DNA of 55,546 bases, taken from the NCBI GenBank assembly GCA_013166775.1, contig JABLTJ010000032.1, positions 1 through 55,546 of the forward strand. The letters are read 5' to 3'. This document shows, piece after piece, positions 1-9,620 of this stretch (position 1 is its first letter; each line of letters opens with the position of its first letter). The stretch is from Promethearchaeati archaeon (GTDB taxonomy: Archaea; Asgardarchaeota; Heimdallarchaeia; Heimdallarchaeales; Heimdallarchaeaceae). The notes under the pieces are model-generated. The model was not told where the DNA came from. It searched no databases and saw nothing but the letters and a program-made list of their open reading frames with translations. Both the position numbers and the translations under genes were made by a program.

Positions 1-906
1 TATGCATTAGAGAATTCAGTCATTGAGCTGGAGAATTCCATTAAATTCTCAAAAGAATCTGTAACTAGATTTGATATTCCTATCGAATTTGGGAGAAGAG
101 AAGGTGTTGAAGTACCCTTAAATTCAGTTACGATAAAGCATATACTCACATGCATTAAAAATATGAAGAAGGCAATTTTTGATCTAAAGAAGAATCCTAT
201 TAATCCTAGGAAAAAGATTGAAGCAGAAGAATTAGAAGAATTAGAGAAATATGTAAAGACTGTCAAAGTTTCAGCAATTGGATATACTAAAGTTCCACCA
301 AATTTGATTTTTAAGAACAAAGCAATTGCTTATGAAAATGCTATAGTTTTGGCAATGAATATGGATAATGACATTATTAGTGGTGCTCCAAATAAATCAT
401 CGCTTAAAAATATCTGGTATACATATGATAAGCTAAGTGTTGCATCCAATAAAGTTGCACGTTTCCTGAGGAAGAAAGGATTTGGAGCTCATGCTTCTCC
501 CCCACTAGGTGGAATAGCATTATATCCCAAACTTGCTCAAGAAGCTGGTATGGGAGAATTTGGATATTCTGGATTATTAGTTACTCCTTTTAATGGACCT
601 ACCTGTAGACTAGCAGCAGTATATGTTTCTATTGAAAATCTTCCTATCATTGAAGAGACCGAACATAGTTGGATTAGAGATTATTGCGAACAATGCAGAC
701 GATGTATCAAAGAATGCCCTCCAGGTGCTATCTATGAACATGCAATTGAACAAGAAGCGGGAAGATTAACACATATCGATAATGAGAAATGTTTTCCATA
801 CTTTGGAAATAATTATGGTTGTACAGTCTGTATCAAAGTCTGCCCATTCAACAAAACAGATTACAATACATTGAAGAGGAATTTCGGAAAACAGCACAAT
901 TCATGA
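1..906 (+). CDS. Reductive dehalogenase-like (RdhA/QueG superfamily) 2x[4Fe-4S] protein, 5'-truncated by the window edge
   Basis: The frame is open from base 1 (YALENSVIELENSIKFSKESVTRFDIP...) and aligns with the N-terminus of the downstream paralog. It carries CEQCRRCIKECP and C-x9-CTVCIKVCP motifs, plus the AGMGEFGYSGLLVTPFNGPTCRLAAV segment typical of RdhA/QueG. Confidence 0.75.
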   Translation, partial: YALENSVIELENSIKFSKESVTRFDIPIEFGRREGVEVPLNSVTIKHILTCIKNMKKAIFDLKKNPINPRKKIEAEELEELEKYVKTVKVSAIGYTKVPPNLIFKNKAIAYENAIVLAMNMDNDIISGAPNKSSLKNIWYTYDKLSVASNKVARFLRKKGFGAHASPPLGGIALYPKLAQEAGMGEFGYSGLLVTPFNGPTCRLAAVYVSIENLPIIEETEHSWIRDYCEQCRRCIKECPPGAIYEHAIEQEAGRLTHIDNEKCFPYFGNNYGCTVCIKVCPFNKTDYNTLKRNFGKQHNS

Positions 907-948
907 TTAAATTTAAAAATATAGATTTCTTCTACATATTAAAACTGG

Positions 949-1920
949 GTGCGTAATTTGGCAATTATGGAAAAAATCCAGCAGTTTATCATGAAAAAAT
1001 TCATGTATGTGATATTTGAAAAGGAAAATAGTCTCTCAGAAAGAGATGGTTATGTAAAATTTAATGAAGAATCGCCAGTTAGATATGAAATTATGATTGA
1101 AGGAGAAAAATATGGAAAAAGAACAGGTTTTGGTCCAAGAGTAGCTCCTATAATGGCTTCTGTTATTCGAAACCAAAACAAAGTTCTAAATACTCTAAAA
1201 AAGAATCCTCAGAATCCAAGAATAGAAATAAATGACGAAGAATTAAAAGAACTAGAAAGATTAGCTAAAAAACATGGTGCTGGAGTGATTGGTTATACAA
1301 AGATTTCAGAACAACTTGTTTTTAAGAATAAAGCAGTTCTCCATCCTAATGCGATTGTTTTAAGCTTTGAAATGCAGAAGGATAAAATAGACACAGCACC
1401 TAGTGTGAAATGCTTGCATGAAGTTCTACGAACCTACGATGATTTAGGTATTGTTTCAAACAAGATAGCTAAATTTCTTAGAAGGAAAGGATTCTCCGCT
1501 CATGCTGGTCATCCATTAATGGGAGCAGCATTATATCCACCAATGGCTCAATCCGCTGGAATTGCATGGCTCGGATATTCAGGAATAATGATATCTCCAG
1601 AATTCGGACCACGTTTTAGACTAGCAGCTGTTTTTACAAGTATAGAGAATTTTCCTGAAGCGGAAGTTAATGAGCAAAGCTGGATAAGTGATTATTGTAA
1701 TAAGTGCAGAAAATGCATCAAAGAATGCCCTGGGAATGCTATACTAGATCAAGCTATTGAGCACCCCAATGGACGAATAACTCATGTAGAGAATACTAAA
1801 TGTATGCCTCACTTCATAAACGAATACGGATGTAGCATTTGTATCAAGGTTTGTCCCTTCAATAATATTGATTATTATAAATTAAAGGAAAATTTTGAAA
1901 AAAAATTTGAGACTTATTGA
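949..1920 (+). CDS. Reductive dehalogenase-like 2x[4Fe-4S] protein (tandem paralog)
   Basis: Motifs CNKCRKCIKECP and CSICIKVCP; AGIAWLGYSGIMISPEFGPRFRLAAVFT. No TAT signal. The start may be the ATG at 967. Confidence 0.75.
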   Translation: MRNLAIMEKIQQFIMKKFMYVIFEKENSLSERDGYVKFNEESPVRYEIMIEGEKYGKRTGFGPRVAPIMASVIRNQNKVLNTLKKNPQNPRIEINDEELKELERLAKKHGAGVIGYTKISEQLVFKNKAVLHPNAIVLSFEMQKDKIDTAPSVKCLHEVLRTYDDLGIVSNKIAKFLRRKGFSAHAGHPLMGAALYPPMAQSAGIAWLGYSGIMISPEFGPRFRLAAVFTSIENFPEAEVNEQSWISDYCNKCRKCIKECPGNAILDQAIEHPNGRITHVENTKCMPHFINEYGCSICIKVCPFNNIDYYKLKENFEKKFETY

Positions 1921-2681
1921 AAATTATACTGAACATTAAACGGTAAGTCTTTCCAGATATTTTTTACCATTCTAGTAAATTCTGGGGAGACATTTTCGTG
2001 TTCTTCTATTGCTTTAAATGGTTTTATTTCTCCTATTTCAACTGATGATGGTTGTAATCGTTGGAGTAATCTCCACATCTTGTCAATGTTTTCAAGGGAA
2101 TCATTTACACCATCTATAATTTTTACATTAACGTTAAATAGACCCTCATATTTGAGAGCAAGACTGAGAGCTCCTTCGAGGATATAATCAAGTTTTACTC
2201 CTTTGTGATGTCTATTAATGATCTCTGCTTCTTCAGGAACAACAGTGTCGATGTTAAGTTGGATTATGTGTGATTTTGAAATCTCTCTTCTTAATTTTCT
2301 GTCATGTAGGAAGGTACCGTTGGTTACAACTTTTATTCTTGTTTTTGAGTTCAGGTCTCTTATTCCATCAATTAACTTACCGAGTCCTGAGTATAGGCTT
2401 GGTTCACCACTACCTGTAAGGATTGTTATATCCGGAACACCTTCCTCTTCAAATACTTGTTTTATCTCCTCTAGTATTTCTTTTACAGGAAAGAACATTT
2501 TTCTTTCATTTATCATATTAGTTGTTGGTCCAAGCTGGCAATACAAACAGTTGAAATTGCAACTTTTTGGAGGATTGAAATCTACAATAAGTACTCTTTG
2601 CTCATTCGGATTATCCACTAATCTAGAAAATTTAAAATTCATGGGATCAACCTGTCCAGCTTGGTATGGAACTATAGACAC
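1914..2681 (-). CDS. Radical SAM Fe-S oxidoreductase (COG0731/Tyw1-like)
   Basis: CNFNCLYC CxxxCxxC motif, GSGEPSLY, VVTNGT. Confidence 0.8.
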   Translation of the reverse strand: MSIVPYQAGQVDPMNFKFSRLVDNPNEQRVLIVDFNPPKSCNFNCLYCQLGPTTNMINERKMFFPVKEILEEIKQVFEEEGVPDITILTGSGEPSLYSGLGKLIDGIRDLNSKTRIKVVTNGTFLHDRKLRREISKSHIIQLNIDTVVPEEAEIINRHHKGVKLDYILEGALSLALKYEGLFNVNVKIIDGVNDSLENIDKMWRLLQRLQPSSVEIGEIKPFKAIEEHENVSPEFTRMVKNIWKDLPFNVQYNFQ

Positions 2682-2774
2682 TTATAAAGGTGATATTTCT
2701 TGTTAACCCTCTTTTGATAGAATAAGTTTAAATAAAATACTAACTAATTTTAATCGATTCAAGAAGGGATATAA

Positions 2775-3713
2775 ATGGATTATTCAAAGGAAGCTAATAT
2801 TCAATCTTATACGTTTAAAGTCAAACTTGTTGAAAATACTTCTAAGATAGCAAAGGTCAACATTATCTACTTTCTTTTCATATTTGTAGCTGTTTCAGCT
2901 CTATTTGTTTCCTTCCTATTCATAAGCTCACCAGTTTTCTGGCGGAGTACAGATTTTTATCATCCAGCTTTTTTTATAGGATTTCAACAGACTTTAAGAT
3001 CACTAGGAATAGCACTTGCTGTTTTATCTGTTCCAGGAATAATTTGCATTGTATTCCGTTTCATATATATTTTTCAAATGAAAGCTGCTTTTGACGAAAT
3101 GTCAAATACATACCCATTTCTTAGAGCTTCAATTAAACGAGCTTCTGATTTTTTATTAATTGGATTCTTTGGTGAAATAATTACTATCTTTGTTGTCCCA
3201 TTGTTGGGAAACCTTGTAGCAGCAATAATGGTTCTATATAGTTTTTATGCATTTGACCAAATATTCAAAGAAATGAAAAGTAAAGGATTGTATGAAGGAG
3301 AAGAGAATAAACTCCTATTCTACTCCTACTTAGGATTAGTTGTGATATTCCCTTTAGTAGGAATTTTAACATATATTCTTGTATCGGTTTTCAGTTACAT
3401 GATTCTGCTAATTATACTTGCAACAATTTGTATGTTAATCCTTACAGTTTCTACAATTATGCACATACTAGGATTCATGAAATTAGCACAGAATTTTAAG
3501 GGAATTGTAGTATCTCCAACCGCACCAGGACAACCTACTCCTACTCCAGTAGTTGCTTATCAACCTGCTAAACAGATAGCTGCTCAAGAATCTACTGTTT
3601 CACTGGTTCAACCACCTATAGAGCAACAAACTGATTTCAAATATTGTTCGAATTGTGGACATAAAATTGAGGATCATAGTCGATTCTGTTCAAATTGTGG
3701 ATCTACGCAATAA
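2775..3713 (+). CDS. Multi-pass membrane protein with Pro/Gln-rich linker and C-terminal zinc ribbon
   Basis: Several hydrophobic segments, PTAPGQPTPTP linker, CSNCG-x9-CSNCG at the C-terminus. Confidence 0.75.
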   Translation: MDYSKEANIQSYTFKVKLVENTSKIAKVNIIYFLFIFVAVSALFVSFLFISSPVFWRSTDFYHPAFFIGFQQTLRSLGIALAVLSVPGIICIVFRFIYIFQMKAAFDEMSNTYPFLRASIKRASDFLLIGFFGEIITIFVVPLLGNLVAAIMVLYSFYAFDQIFKEMKSKGLYEGEENKLLFYSYLGLVVIFPLVGILTYILVSVFSYMILLIILATICMLILTVSTIMHILGFMKLAQNFKGIVVSPTAPGQPTPTPVVAYQPAKQIAAQESTVSLVQPPIEQQTDFKYCSNCGHKIEDHSRFCSNCGSTQ

Positions 3714-3772
3714 TAGTTTCTTAAAGATTTAAGTTCAGTAATGTTTTTTTAGTTCTCACTTTATGATAATTT

Positions 3773-4864
3773 ATGTATAAACTCTTTTCAGCATTTAGAT
3801 TAGGAAAACTAGAATTAAAAAACAGATTTGTAAGATCAGCTACTACCTCTTACTGGTCAGACGAACAAGGAATATTAACTGATCCTATTTTAGATTATTA
3901 TGAACAGTTAGCCACGGGAGATATTGGATTAATAATCAAAGGTCATTCTTACATTAATGAAAAAGGGAAAGCTCACACAGGTCAATCTGGACTAACAGAT
4001 GAGATACATATACCTAGAATGAAGAAATTGGTTGAAAAAGTACATTCGCATGGTTCAAAAATAATTGCACAGCTAAATCATGGAGGAGGAACTAGTCCAG
4101 CAGATCGAGCTACAGCTTCAGTTTATAAAACTGAGAATTGGGAAGCTAGAGAATTAACTTTAAATGAAATCGAAGAAATTGAAGACGATTTCGTAAAAGC
4201 ATCTGTTAATGCTATAGAAGCAGGTTTTGATGGAGTGCAGATACATGGAGCTCATGGTTATTTAGTTAGTCAGTTTTTATCAGATATTGTTAATAAAAGA
4301 GAGGATAAATTTGGAGGCACACTCGAGAAACGAACCCGTCTGCTTTTTGATATTTATGATAAAATAAGATCCAAACTTGGTTCTGAAGCAATTGTTGGAA
4401 TAAAAATAAACTGTGATGATTTTGCTCCAGAAAAGGGATTAAGAATTAGTGATTCTATTCAAGTAGCAAAATGGCTTAGTGATAAGGGGATCGATTTTAT
4501 AGAAATCTCAGGTGGAGGATTTCAACAAAAACCAGAAATAAGAAAAACAAGGGGGAGAGCTGGAGAAGAATCAGGTTACAATGAAGCTACTTGGGGAGAG
4601 CATGCCAAGAATATTCGTGATGCTGTTCCAAAACTTCCACTAATTCTTGTAGATGGAATTAGAAGTAGAAATACAATGGAAGAATTAATAGAAAACAAAA
4701 TAGTTGATTTAATCTCGATGAGCAAACCATTCATCAACGAACCTGATTTTGTTAAACTCCTTCAGAATGGTCAAGAAAAATCTTCATGCATAGATTGTAG
4801 AAAATGTATCTCAAGAGAATTCTTTGGAAAAACTATGTTACGCTGTTTCCACCGATTTCCCTAG
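3773..4864 (+). CDS. NADH:flavin oxidoreductase (Old Yellow Enzyme family)
   Basis: LKNRFVRSAT, AQLNHGG, AGFDGVQIHGAHGYLVSQFLS, NKREDKFGG; C-terminal CIDCRKC..C. Confidence 0.9.
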   Translation: MYKLFSAFRLGKLELKNRFVRSATTSYWSDEQGILTDPILDYYEQLATGDIGLIIKGHSYINEKGKAHTGQSGLTDEIHIPRMKKLVEKVHSHGSKIIAQLNHGGGTSPADRATASVYKTENWEARELTLNEIEEIEDDFVKASVNAIEAGFDGVQIHGAHGYLVSQFLSDIVNKREDKFGGTLEKRTRLLFDIYDKIRSKLGSEAIVGIKINCDDFAPEKGLRISDSIQVAKWLSDKGIDFIEISGGGFQQKPEIRKTRGRAGEESGYNEATWGEHAKNIRDAVPKLPLILVDGIRSRNTMEELIENKIVDLISMSKPFINEPDFVKLLQNGQEKSSCIDCRKCISREFFGKTMLRCFHRFP

Positions 4865-4913
4865 CATTTTCCTTTAGACTAATGTTTAAAAGGTTCATAA
4901 CTTAATAACAGAT

Positions 4914-5942
4914 GTGTATATGAGCCCTCTCACTAATGAAAGCTTAAAACCTGTTATAAAGAGATTACTAAACGAAGCGTGGGGTGTTACAGAAGGGGAG
5001 AAAATTCTGGTCATAAGTGATTATCCCTCAGCAGAAGATTTTCAAATAAAACCTTTAATTCTCCTTGAAACTATGATGGAAAGGAATATTCTAGCCAAGA
5101 GAATTAGAGATACTATTGAAGAACTAGTACCAAACAAAGTTGATCTTTACTTTATGAAACCAACTTATCAACATTATAAAAATCCAGAAGATAGAAAATT
5201 AAAACAAAAAATTCTAGATTCAGATGTAGTAATAACACTTACAGAATTTTCACTAACAGATGTTCCCATTATAACAGAACCATTAGAAGAAAAGAAACTT
5301 AGACATATTTCAGGACCACAAGTACCACCAGATATTTTTCTACCAGAAGGACCTTTGGATGTTGATTATTTTAAGATGGAAAGTATAACAACTCAATTAT
5401 TCAGTTTGGTGCAAGGAGCTAGAAAAATAGAGTTTTTTGACGTAGCAGGGAGTCATTTGATACTTGAATTTCTTCACCCAGTAGATTGGTTATGGGAGAG
5501 CGGTTTCGCTACTGAAAAAGGGATGTTTAGTAATCTACCGGCTGGAGAAATAACTTTAATGTTACCCTATACTCAAAGAGACTGCAAAATTTCTGGAACA
5601 TTGAATATTTTTCCAGGATGGCAAGAAGATCTTACACAGCTACTCTCACTGACATTAAAGGACAATCGTCTTGTAGATGTTGAGGGAGGAGGAAAAGCAG
5701 GTGAATATCTTCAACAGCTTATTTACAGAGAAGAGGTTCGAATTGTTCAAGTCGGTGTTGGTACAAATCCTCAAGCTAAGGATCCTTTATGTCCAACAGT
5801 TGCTGACAAATTCATAGGAATGACGCATGTAAGGTTAGACCCAGATGAAAGAGTTGAGCATTATTACTTCCCTATTTCAAAAATGAAAATTAATGAAAAA
5901 GAATATTCTCGAACTGAGCTTTTTGAGAACAGAGATACTTAA
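4914..5942 (+). CDS. Peptidase M29 / thermophilic aminopeptidase-like protein (divergent)
   Basis: NLPAGEI and GVGTNP motifs; the expected acidic metal ligands look substituted. Confidence 0.65.
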   Translation: MYMSPLTNESLKPVIKRLLNEAWGVTEGEKILVISDYPSAEDFQIKPLILLETMMERNILAKRIRDTIEELVPNKVDLYFMKPTYQHYKNPEDRKLKQKILDSDVVITLTEFSLTDVPIITEPLEEKKLRHISGPQVPPDIFLPEGPLDVDYFKMESITTQLFSLVQGARKIEFFDVAGSHLILEFLHPVDWLWESGFATEKGMFSNLPAGEITLMLPYTQRDCKISGTLNIFPGWQEDLTQLLSLTLKDNRLVDVEGGGKAGEYLQQLIYREEVRIVQVGVGTNPQAKDPLCPTVADKFIGMTHVRLDPDERVEHYYFPISKMKINEKEYSRTELFENRDT

Positions 5943-6907
5943 TCGTAAATCTCAGGATTTATTATGTGACTAGGTCTATTTCCGAATAAAACATTTTTGA
6001 GATTTTCAGCAGCAATTATTGCCATGTTTGTTCGAGTTTCTAGACTCGCAGATCCTATGTGTGGAAGGAGAATAACATTAGAGAGTTTTGCTAGTTCTTT
6101 ATTGAAATTTGGTTCTGCATAATAAACATCAAGACCCGCACCTGCAATCAGTCCTTCTTTCAAGCCTTCAATTAGCTCTTCTTCATTAATTATTTGACCA
6201 CGAGCTGTATTGATTAAATATGCAGATGGTTTCATCAGTTCTAATTCCTTTCTTCCAATTAGATGATGAGTTGCTTCAGTATATGGAGTGTGGAGAGTAA
6301 CAAAATCTGATTTTTTGAGTAGTTCACTTAGAGAAGCAAATTGAATTCCTAAAAGTCTTTCATCATCATTAAATTTGGTTGTACTATTGTAGATTACTTC
6401 CATTCCAAATCCTTTAGCTCTTTCAGCAACAGCTTTTCCGATTCTTCCCAATCCTACTATACCAAGTGTTTTACCAGTAACATCTCCACCTAGAAGAAGC
6501 AAAGGATCCCAGCCATTCCATTTACCAGTTCTAAGGAAATTATCTGCTTCAACTAATCTTCTAGCTGTTCCTAAAATCAAGGAAAACGTTAGATCAGCTG
6601 TTGCATTTGTTAGAACTCCTGGAGTATTCATAACAGGGATTTTTCTAGCAGTAGCTGCTTCTATATCTATATTGTCGACTCCAACTGCGTAATTACTTAT
6701 AGCTTTAATCCCTGTTTTATCCATAATTTCTGCATCTACTCTATCTGTAAGTAAAGGTATAAGACCATCACAACCCTTAGCTAGTTTTTTAAGTTCCCTT
6801 TTCTTTATTGGTCTCTTTTCTGGAAAAACAGTAACTTCAAAATGCTCCTTAAGAATATCAATACCTGCTTGAGGGATTAAACGAGTAATAAACACTTTCT
6901 GTTTCAT
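5939..6907 (-). CDS. gyaR: Glyoxylate reductase / D-2-hydroxyacid dehydrogenase
   Basis: AVGVDNID, NTPGVLTNATAD, GxGxxG (GLGRIG), INTARG, GLDVYYAEP, PHIGSA. Confidence 0.9.
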   Translation of the reverse strand: MKQKVFITRLIPQAGIDILKEHFEVTVFPEKRPIKKRELKKLAKGCDGLIPLLTDRVDAEIMDKTGIKAISNYAVGVDNIDIEAATARKIPVMNTPGVLTNATADLTFSLILGTARRLVEADNFLRTGKWNGWDPLLLLGGDVTGKTLGIVGLGRIGKAVAERAKGFGMEVIYNSTTKFNDDERLLGIQFASLSELLKKSDFVTLHTPYTEATHHLIGRKELELMKPSAYLINTARGQIINEEELIEGLKEGLIAGAGLDVYYAEPNFNKELAKLSNVILLPHIGSASLETRTNMAIIAAENLKNVLFGNRPSHIINPEIYD

Positions 6908-6967
6908 TAGTATAAGATTTTTTTTACAAAAATAAAGTCTTGTGATAGATTCACTATCATTACTTGC

Positions 6968-7690
6968 TTATGATATCTTATATCCAGCTTCCTCCCAAGC
7001 TTTTTTCATCACTGGATTATTCTTAAGATATACATCAACAAATTCCTTCGATACTGTGTTCAGAGGACATGAAAAATTAACACATTGAGAACAGAATCTT
7101 TTTTTCAAAACGATTACGAACATGAATCCAAAAATCACCGAAAGTATATCTAAAAAAAGCAAAATGATAAGTTTCCACATTGCATAGCTGCCTTCATTCC
7201 ATGCAGATTCATTATTCCACAAGGAGCTAAATCCATAGGATATTGTAATTACTGGAAAAAGAAGAAAGAATAACATTCCTGTAAGAGTTACTATTTTTTC
7301 CCATATTTTTAATGGACCTGGTTTGTATTCCCATATCTTGGGCATTCCATGTTTACTTGACTGACAGTATAATATCTTCCCTTTTCTACTATAATAAGGA
7401 CAATGAGAACATAACACATACATTTCTATGAAAATAAAGTAAGCAATTGTGAACACAAGATATGTTAATGCAAAAACTCCAATCCCCGCCCAGTATCGAA
7501 GAAGAATTAAACCGTACCATGAAGGAAATGTAAAAAGAAAGTATATAACATAGAATTTCACGATTCTTTTCTTGTCCCATTTGCATAGAAGCTTATCTGC
7601 TCCTTCACATTCAATACAATTGGATTCCTCATCCCAAGTACAAGTAATTTTAATTTCAGATTCATTTGTTTTACTTTCTTCTACGGTCAA
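6968..7690 (-). CDS. Cys-rich four-TM membrane protein of unknown function
   Basis: Hydrophobic segments with CIEC, CSHCPYY and CSQCVNFSCPLN motifs; paralog at 8997-9614. Confidence 0.75.
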   Translation of the reverse strand: MTVEESKTNESEIKITCTWDEESNCIECEGADKLLCKWDKKRIVKFYVIYFLFTFPSWYGLILLRYWAGIGVFALTYLVFTIAYFIFIEMYVLCSHCPYYSRKGKILYCQSSKHGMPKIWEYKPGPLKIWEKIVTLTGMLFFLLFPVITISYGFSSLWNNESAWNEGSYAMWKLIILLFLDILSVIFGFMFVIVLKKRFCSQCVNFSCPLNTVSKEFVDVYLKNNPVMKKAWEEAGYKIS

Positions 7691-7763
7691 ACGAATACCT
7701 TCTCAACACTTAATAAACAGTAAATAATTAAACATTTCTAGAAAATTCAATCTATTCTTCAGA

Positions 7764-8336
7764 CTAATTCTTTCTTTCACATATTGCTATATATGTTCCT
7801 TTAGATGGTTTGTAAATAGATATTGTCAGATTTTGTTCCTCACACATTGTAGTTAATTCTTCAGGTGAAAGAAATTTGCTCTTGAAACGAACGATTTTTT
7901 CAAACAGAATAAGAAACAAGTTCCAAAAATATTTACGGTTGAATTCCCTAATTATTATTTTTCCTTCTGGTGCTAATATTGTATAACAATCCCTTATTGT
8001 TCCTATTTGGTCTCTGATATGATGTAGTGAATCATTAACAAAAATTTGTTTCAGAGACTGTTCTCGGAAAGGTAGAGTTTGACTTAAACCTTGAACTAAC
8101 ATGAATTTCTGAGATCTTTTTCTTGCTTCGTTCAGCATCTTAAATGATAGATCTAGAAGTATGCAACCATTTGCTTCCTCTACAAAGTATATCCCCACTC
8201 TACCAGTTCCTCCCCCTAAATCCAGAATTGGTTCTTCAGGAACAAGAGGAAGATATTTTCTTATTTTCTCATAATCGAATGAACCAACAAAGTCATCATA
8301 TCTATGTGCTAATTTTGAAAAAGTATCTTCGCTCAT
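7764..8336 (-). CDS. Class I SAM-dependent methyltransferase
   Basis: ILDLGGGTG motif I, LLDLSFKML, LPF, SLHHI. Confidence 0.85.
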   Translation of the reverse strand: MSEDTFSKLAHRYDDFVGSFDYEKIRKYLPLVPEEPILDLGGGTGRVGIYFVEEANGCILLDLSFKMLNEARKRSQKFMLVQGLSQTLPFREQSLKQIFVNDSLHHIRDQIGTIRDCYTILAPEGKIIIREFNRKYFWNLFLILFEKIVRFKSKFLSPEELTTMCEEQNLTISIYKPSKGTYIAICERKN

Positions 8337-8357
8337 TAATTCATCTCCAATAGCATA

Positions 8358-8939
8358 TCACACATGGTATGACCATATAGATAAGAAAAACCACATGCTT
8401 AAAATACTTACTAGGAACAAACTCAAAAAAATTTTCTTCCATAATTTCATCGCTCTGATTTCCTTTCTTAGTATTAACATCAATGCCATACAGACTAATG
8501 GAAGGCTGAAAGCAAGCAATAACAAACCGAAATTGAACCACCCAAAAAGAGGCTCTCCTTCAGGATAAATTGTTTTCATCTCAACTATTTCAGAACGAAA
8601 AATGATAATGAGAGTGATAAAAGTATATGGAATTCCAAGACCTAAAATACCGAATAATCCAACCAAGATCCATGCTTCTTTCAAATCTGTTGGATTAACT
8701 AAGAAAGGCAAAACAATGATTGTAAAAAGCATTATAATTACATAAGTAGTAGTTAAGCTCAGATTCAATTTGTCTTTCATTTTCATTTTCAAAAGAGATG
8801 AGAAACTAACTTTTTCTTGTTCTTCTGTTAGTCTTACACTATCGATTTTTCTCTTTGTAATTAGGTAAGCTACAATCGCACCTAATATGCCAACTGCTCC
8901 AATGAGATTTGAAATTATAAAGTAGATTTCTTGTTGCAA
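8358..8939 (-). CDS. Hypothetical multi-pass membrane protein
   Basis: About five hydrophobic segments; TTG start with a TTTATTTT box about 25 nt upstream. Confidence 0.65.
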   Translation of the reverse strand: MQQEIYFIISNLIGAVGILGAIVAYLITKRKIDSVRLTEEQEKVSFSSLLKMKMKDKLNLSLTTTYVIIMLFTIIVLPFLVNPTDLKEAWILVGLFGILGLGIPYTFITLIIIFRSEIVEMKTIYPEGEPLFGWFNFGLLLLAFSLPLVCMALMLILRKEIRAMKLWKKIFLSLFLVSILSMWFFLSIWSYHV

Positions 8940-8996
8940 CAGATAGAATTAACAAACTAGTAAAATAAATCTTCCGTAATCCTGAAGTCAACTTCG

Positions 8997-9614
8997 TTAC
9001 AAATTCATTATTTCATATTCTGGATAAAGGTTTTCAAATTCATTTTTTACTTCTTTTGAAACTCTATTCAAAGGGCATGAAAAGTGAATACAACATGTGC
9101 ATAATTTTGTATAGAGATTAAAAATGAAAAAGAGATTTAGAATAAAGGTTGTGAGTATAATTAGAGAATACACAATAATTTTCCAATTATTAAATATAAC
9201 CAAATTATTAATCAAAAAACCTAAACCAATGAACTGAGCAGTTAAAGGAAGAACTAGAAAGAAACCAAGACCAACCAAATAACTGATTCTCTCAAAATTA
9301 TTCATTGGTCTGAAATTAAATTTCCATATTTTTGGTAGAGGATCTATAAACCTTTTTTCTTTGTAATAAGGACAGTGCGAACATTGTATCAGAGGTCTAA
9401 AAAGAACAAAGAAGATAGGAAGAAAAATACTGTAAGTAATAATAAATGAATTTTTACCCGTCCAGATTTTTAATAAAACCAAACCAATCGTAGAAATGAG
9501 CATGTAGGGAGAAAGGTAAGATAAATAGCTAAGCAGTAATTTTCTGTTCCAATTACAATTGAGTTTTTCAGAAAAATTTAGATTGATTCTTTCTTCTTCT
9601 CGAGGCATCATCAA
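8997..9614 (-). CDS. Cys-rich membrane protein, paralog of 6968-7690
   Basis: CSHCPYY, PKIWKF and CTCCIHFSCPLNRVSKE match the paralog. Confidence 0.75.
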   Translation of the reverse strand: MMMPREEERINLNFSEKLNCNWNRKLLLSYLSYLSPYMLISTIGLVLLKIWTGKNSFIITYSIFLPIFFVLFRPLIQCSHCPYYKEKRFIDPLPKIWKFNFRPMNNFERISYLVGLGFFLVLPLTAQFIGLGFLINNLVIFNNWKIIVYSLIILTTFILNLFFIFNLYTKLCTCCIHFSCPLNRVSKEVKNEFENLYPEYEIMNL

Positions 9615-9620
9615 TCCTCA

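Noticed and set aside
2218-2706. 162-aa plus-strand ORF, and similar short ORFs such as 12994-13362, 35402-35899, 28693-28974 and 47531-47815
   Set aside because: Shadow or alternative-frame ORFs lying within well-supported genes, with no recognisable motifs.
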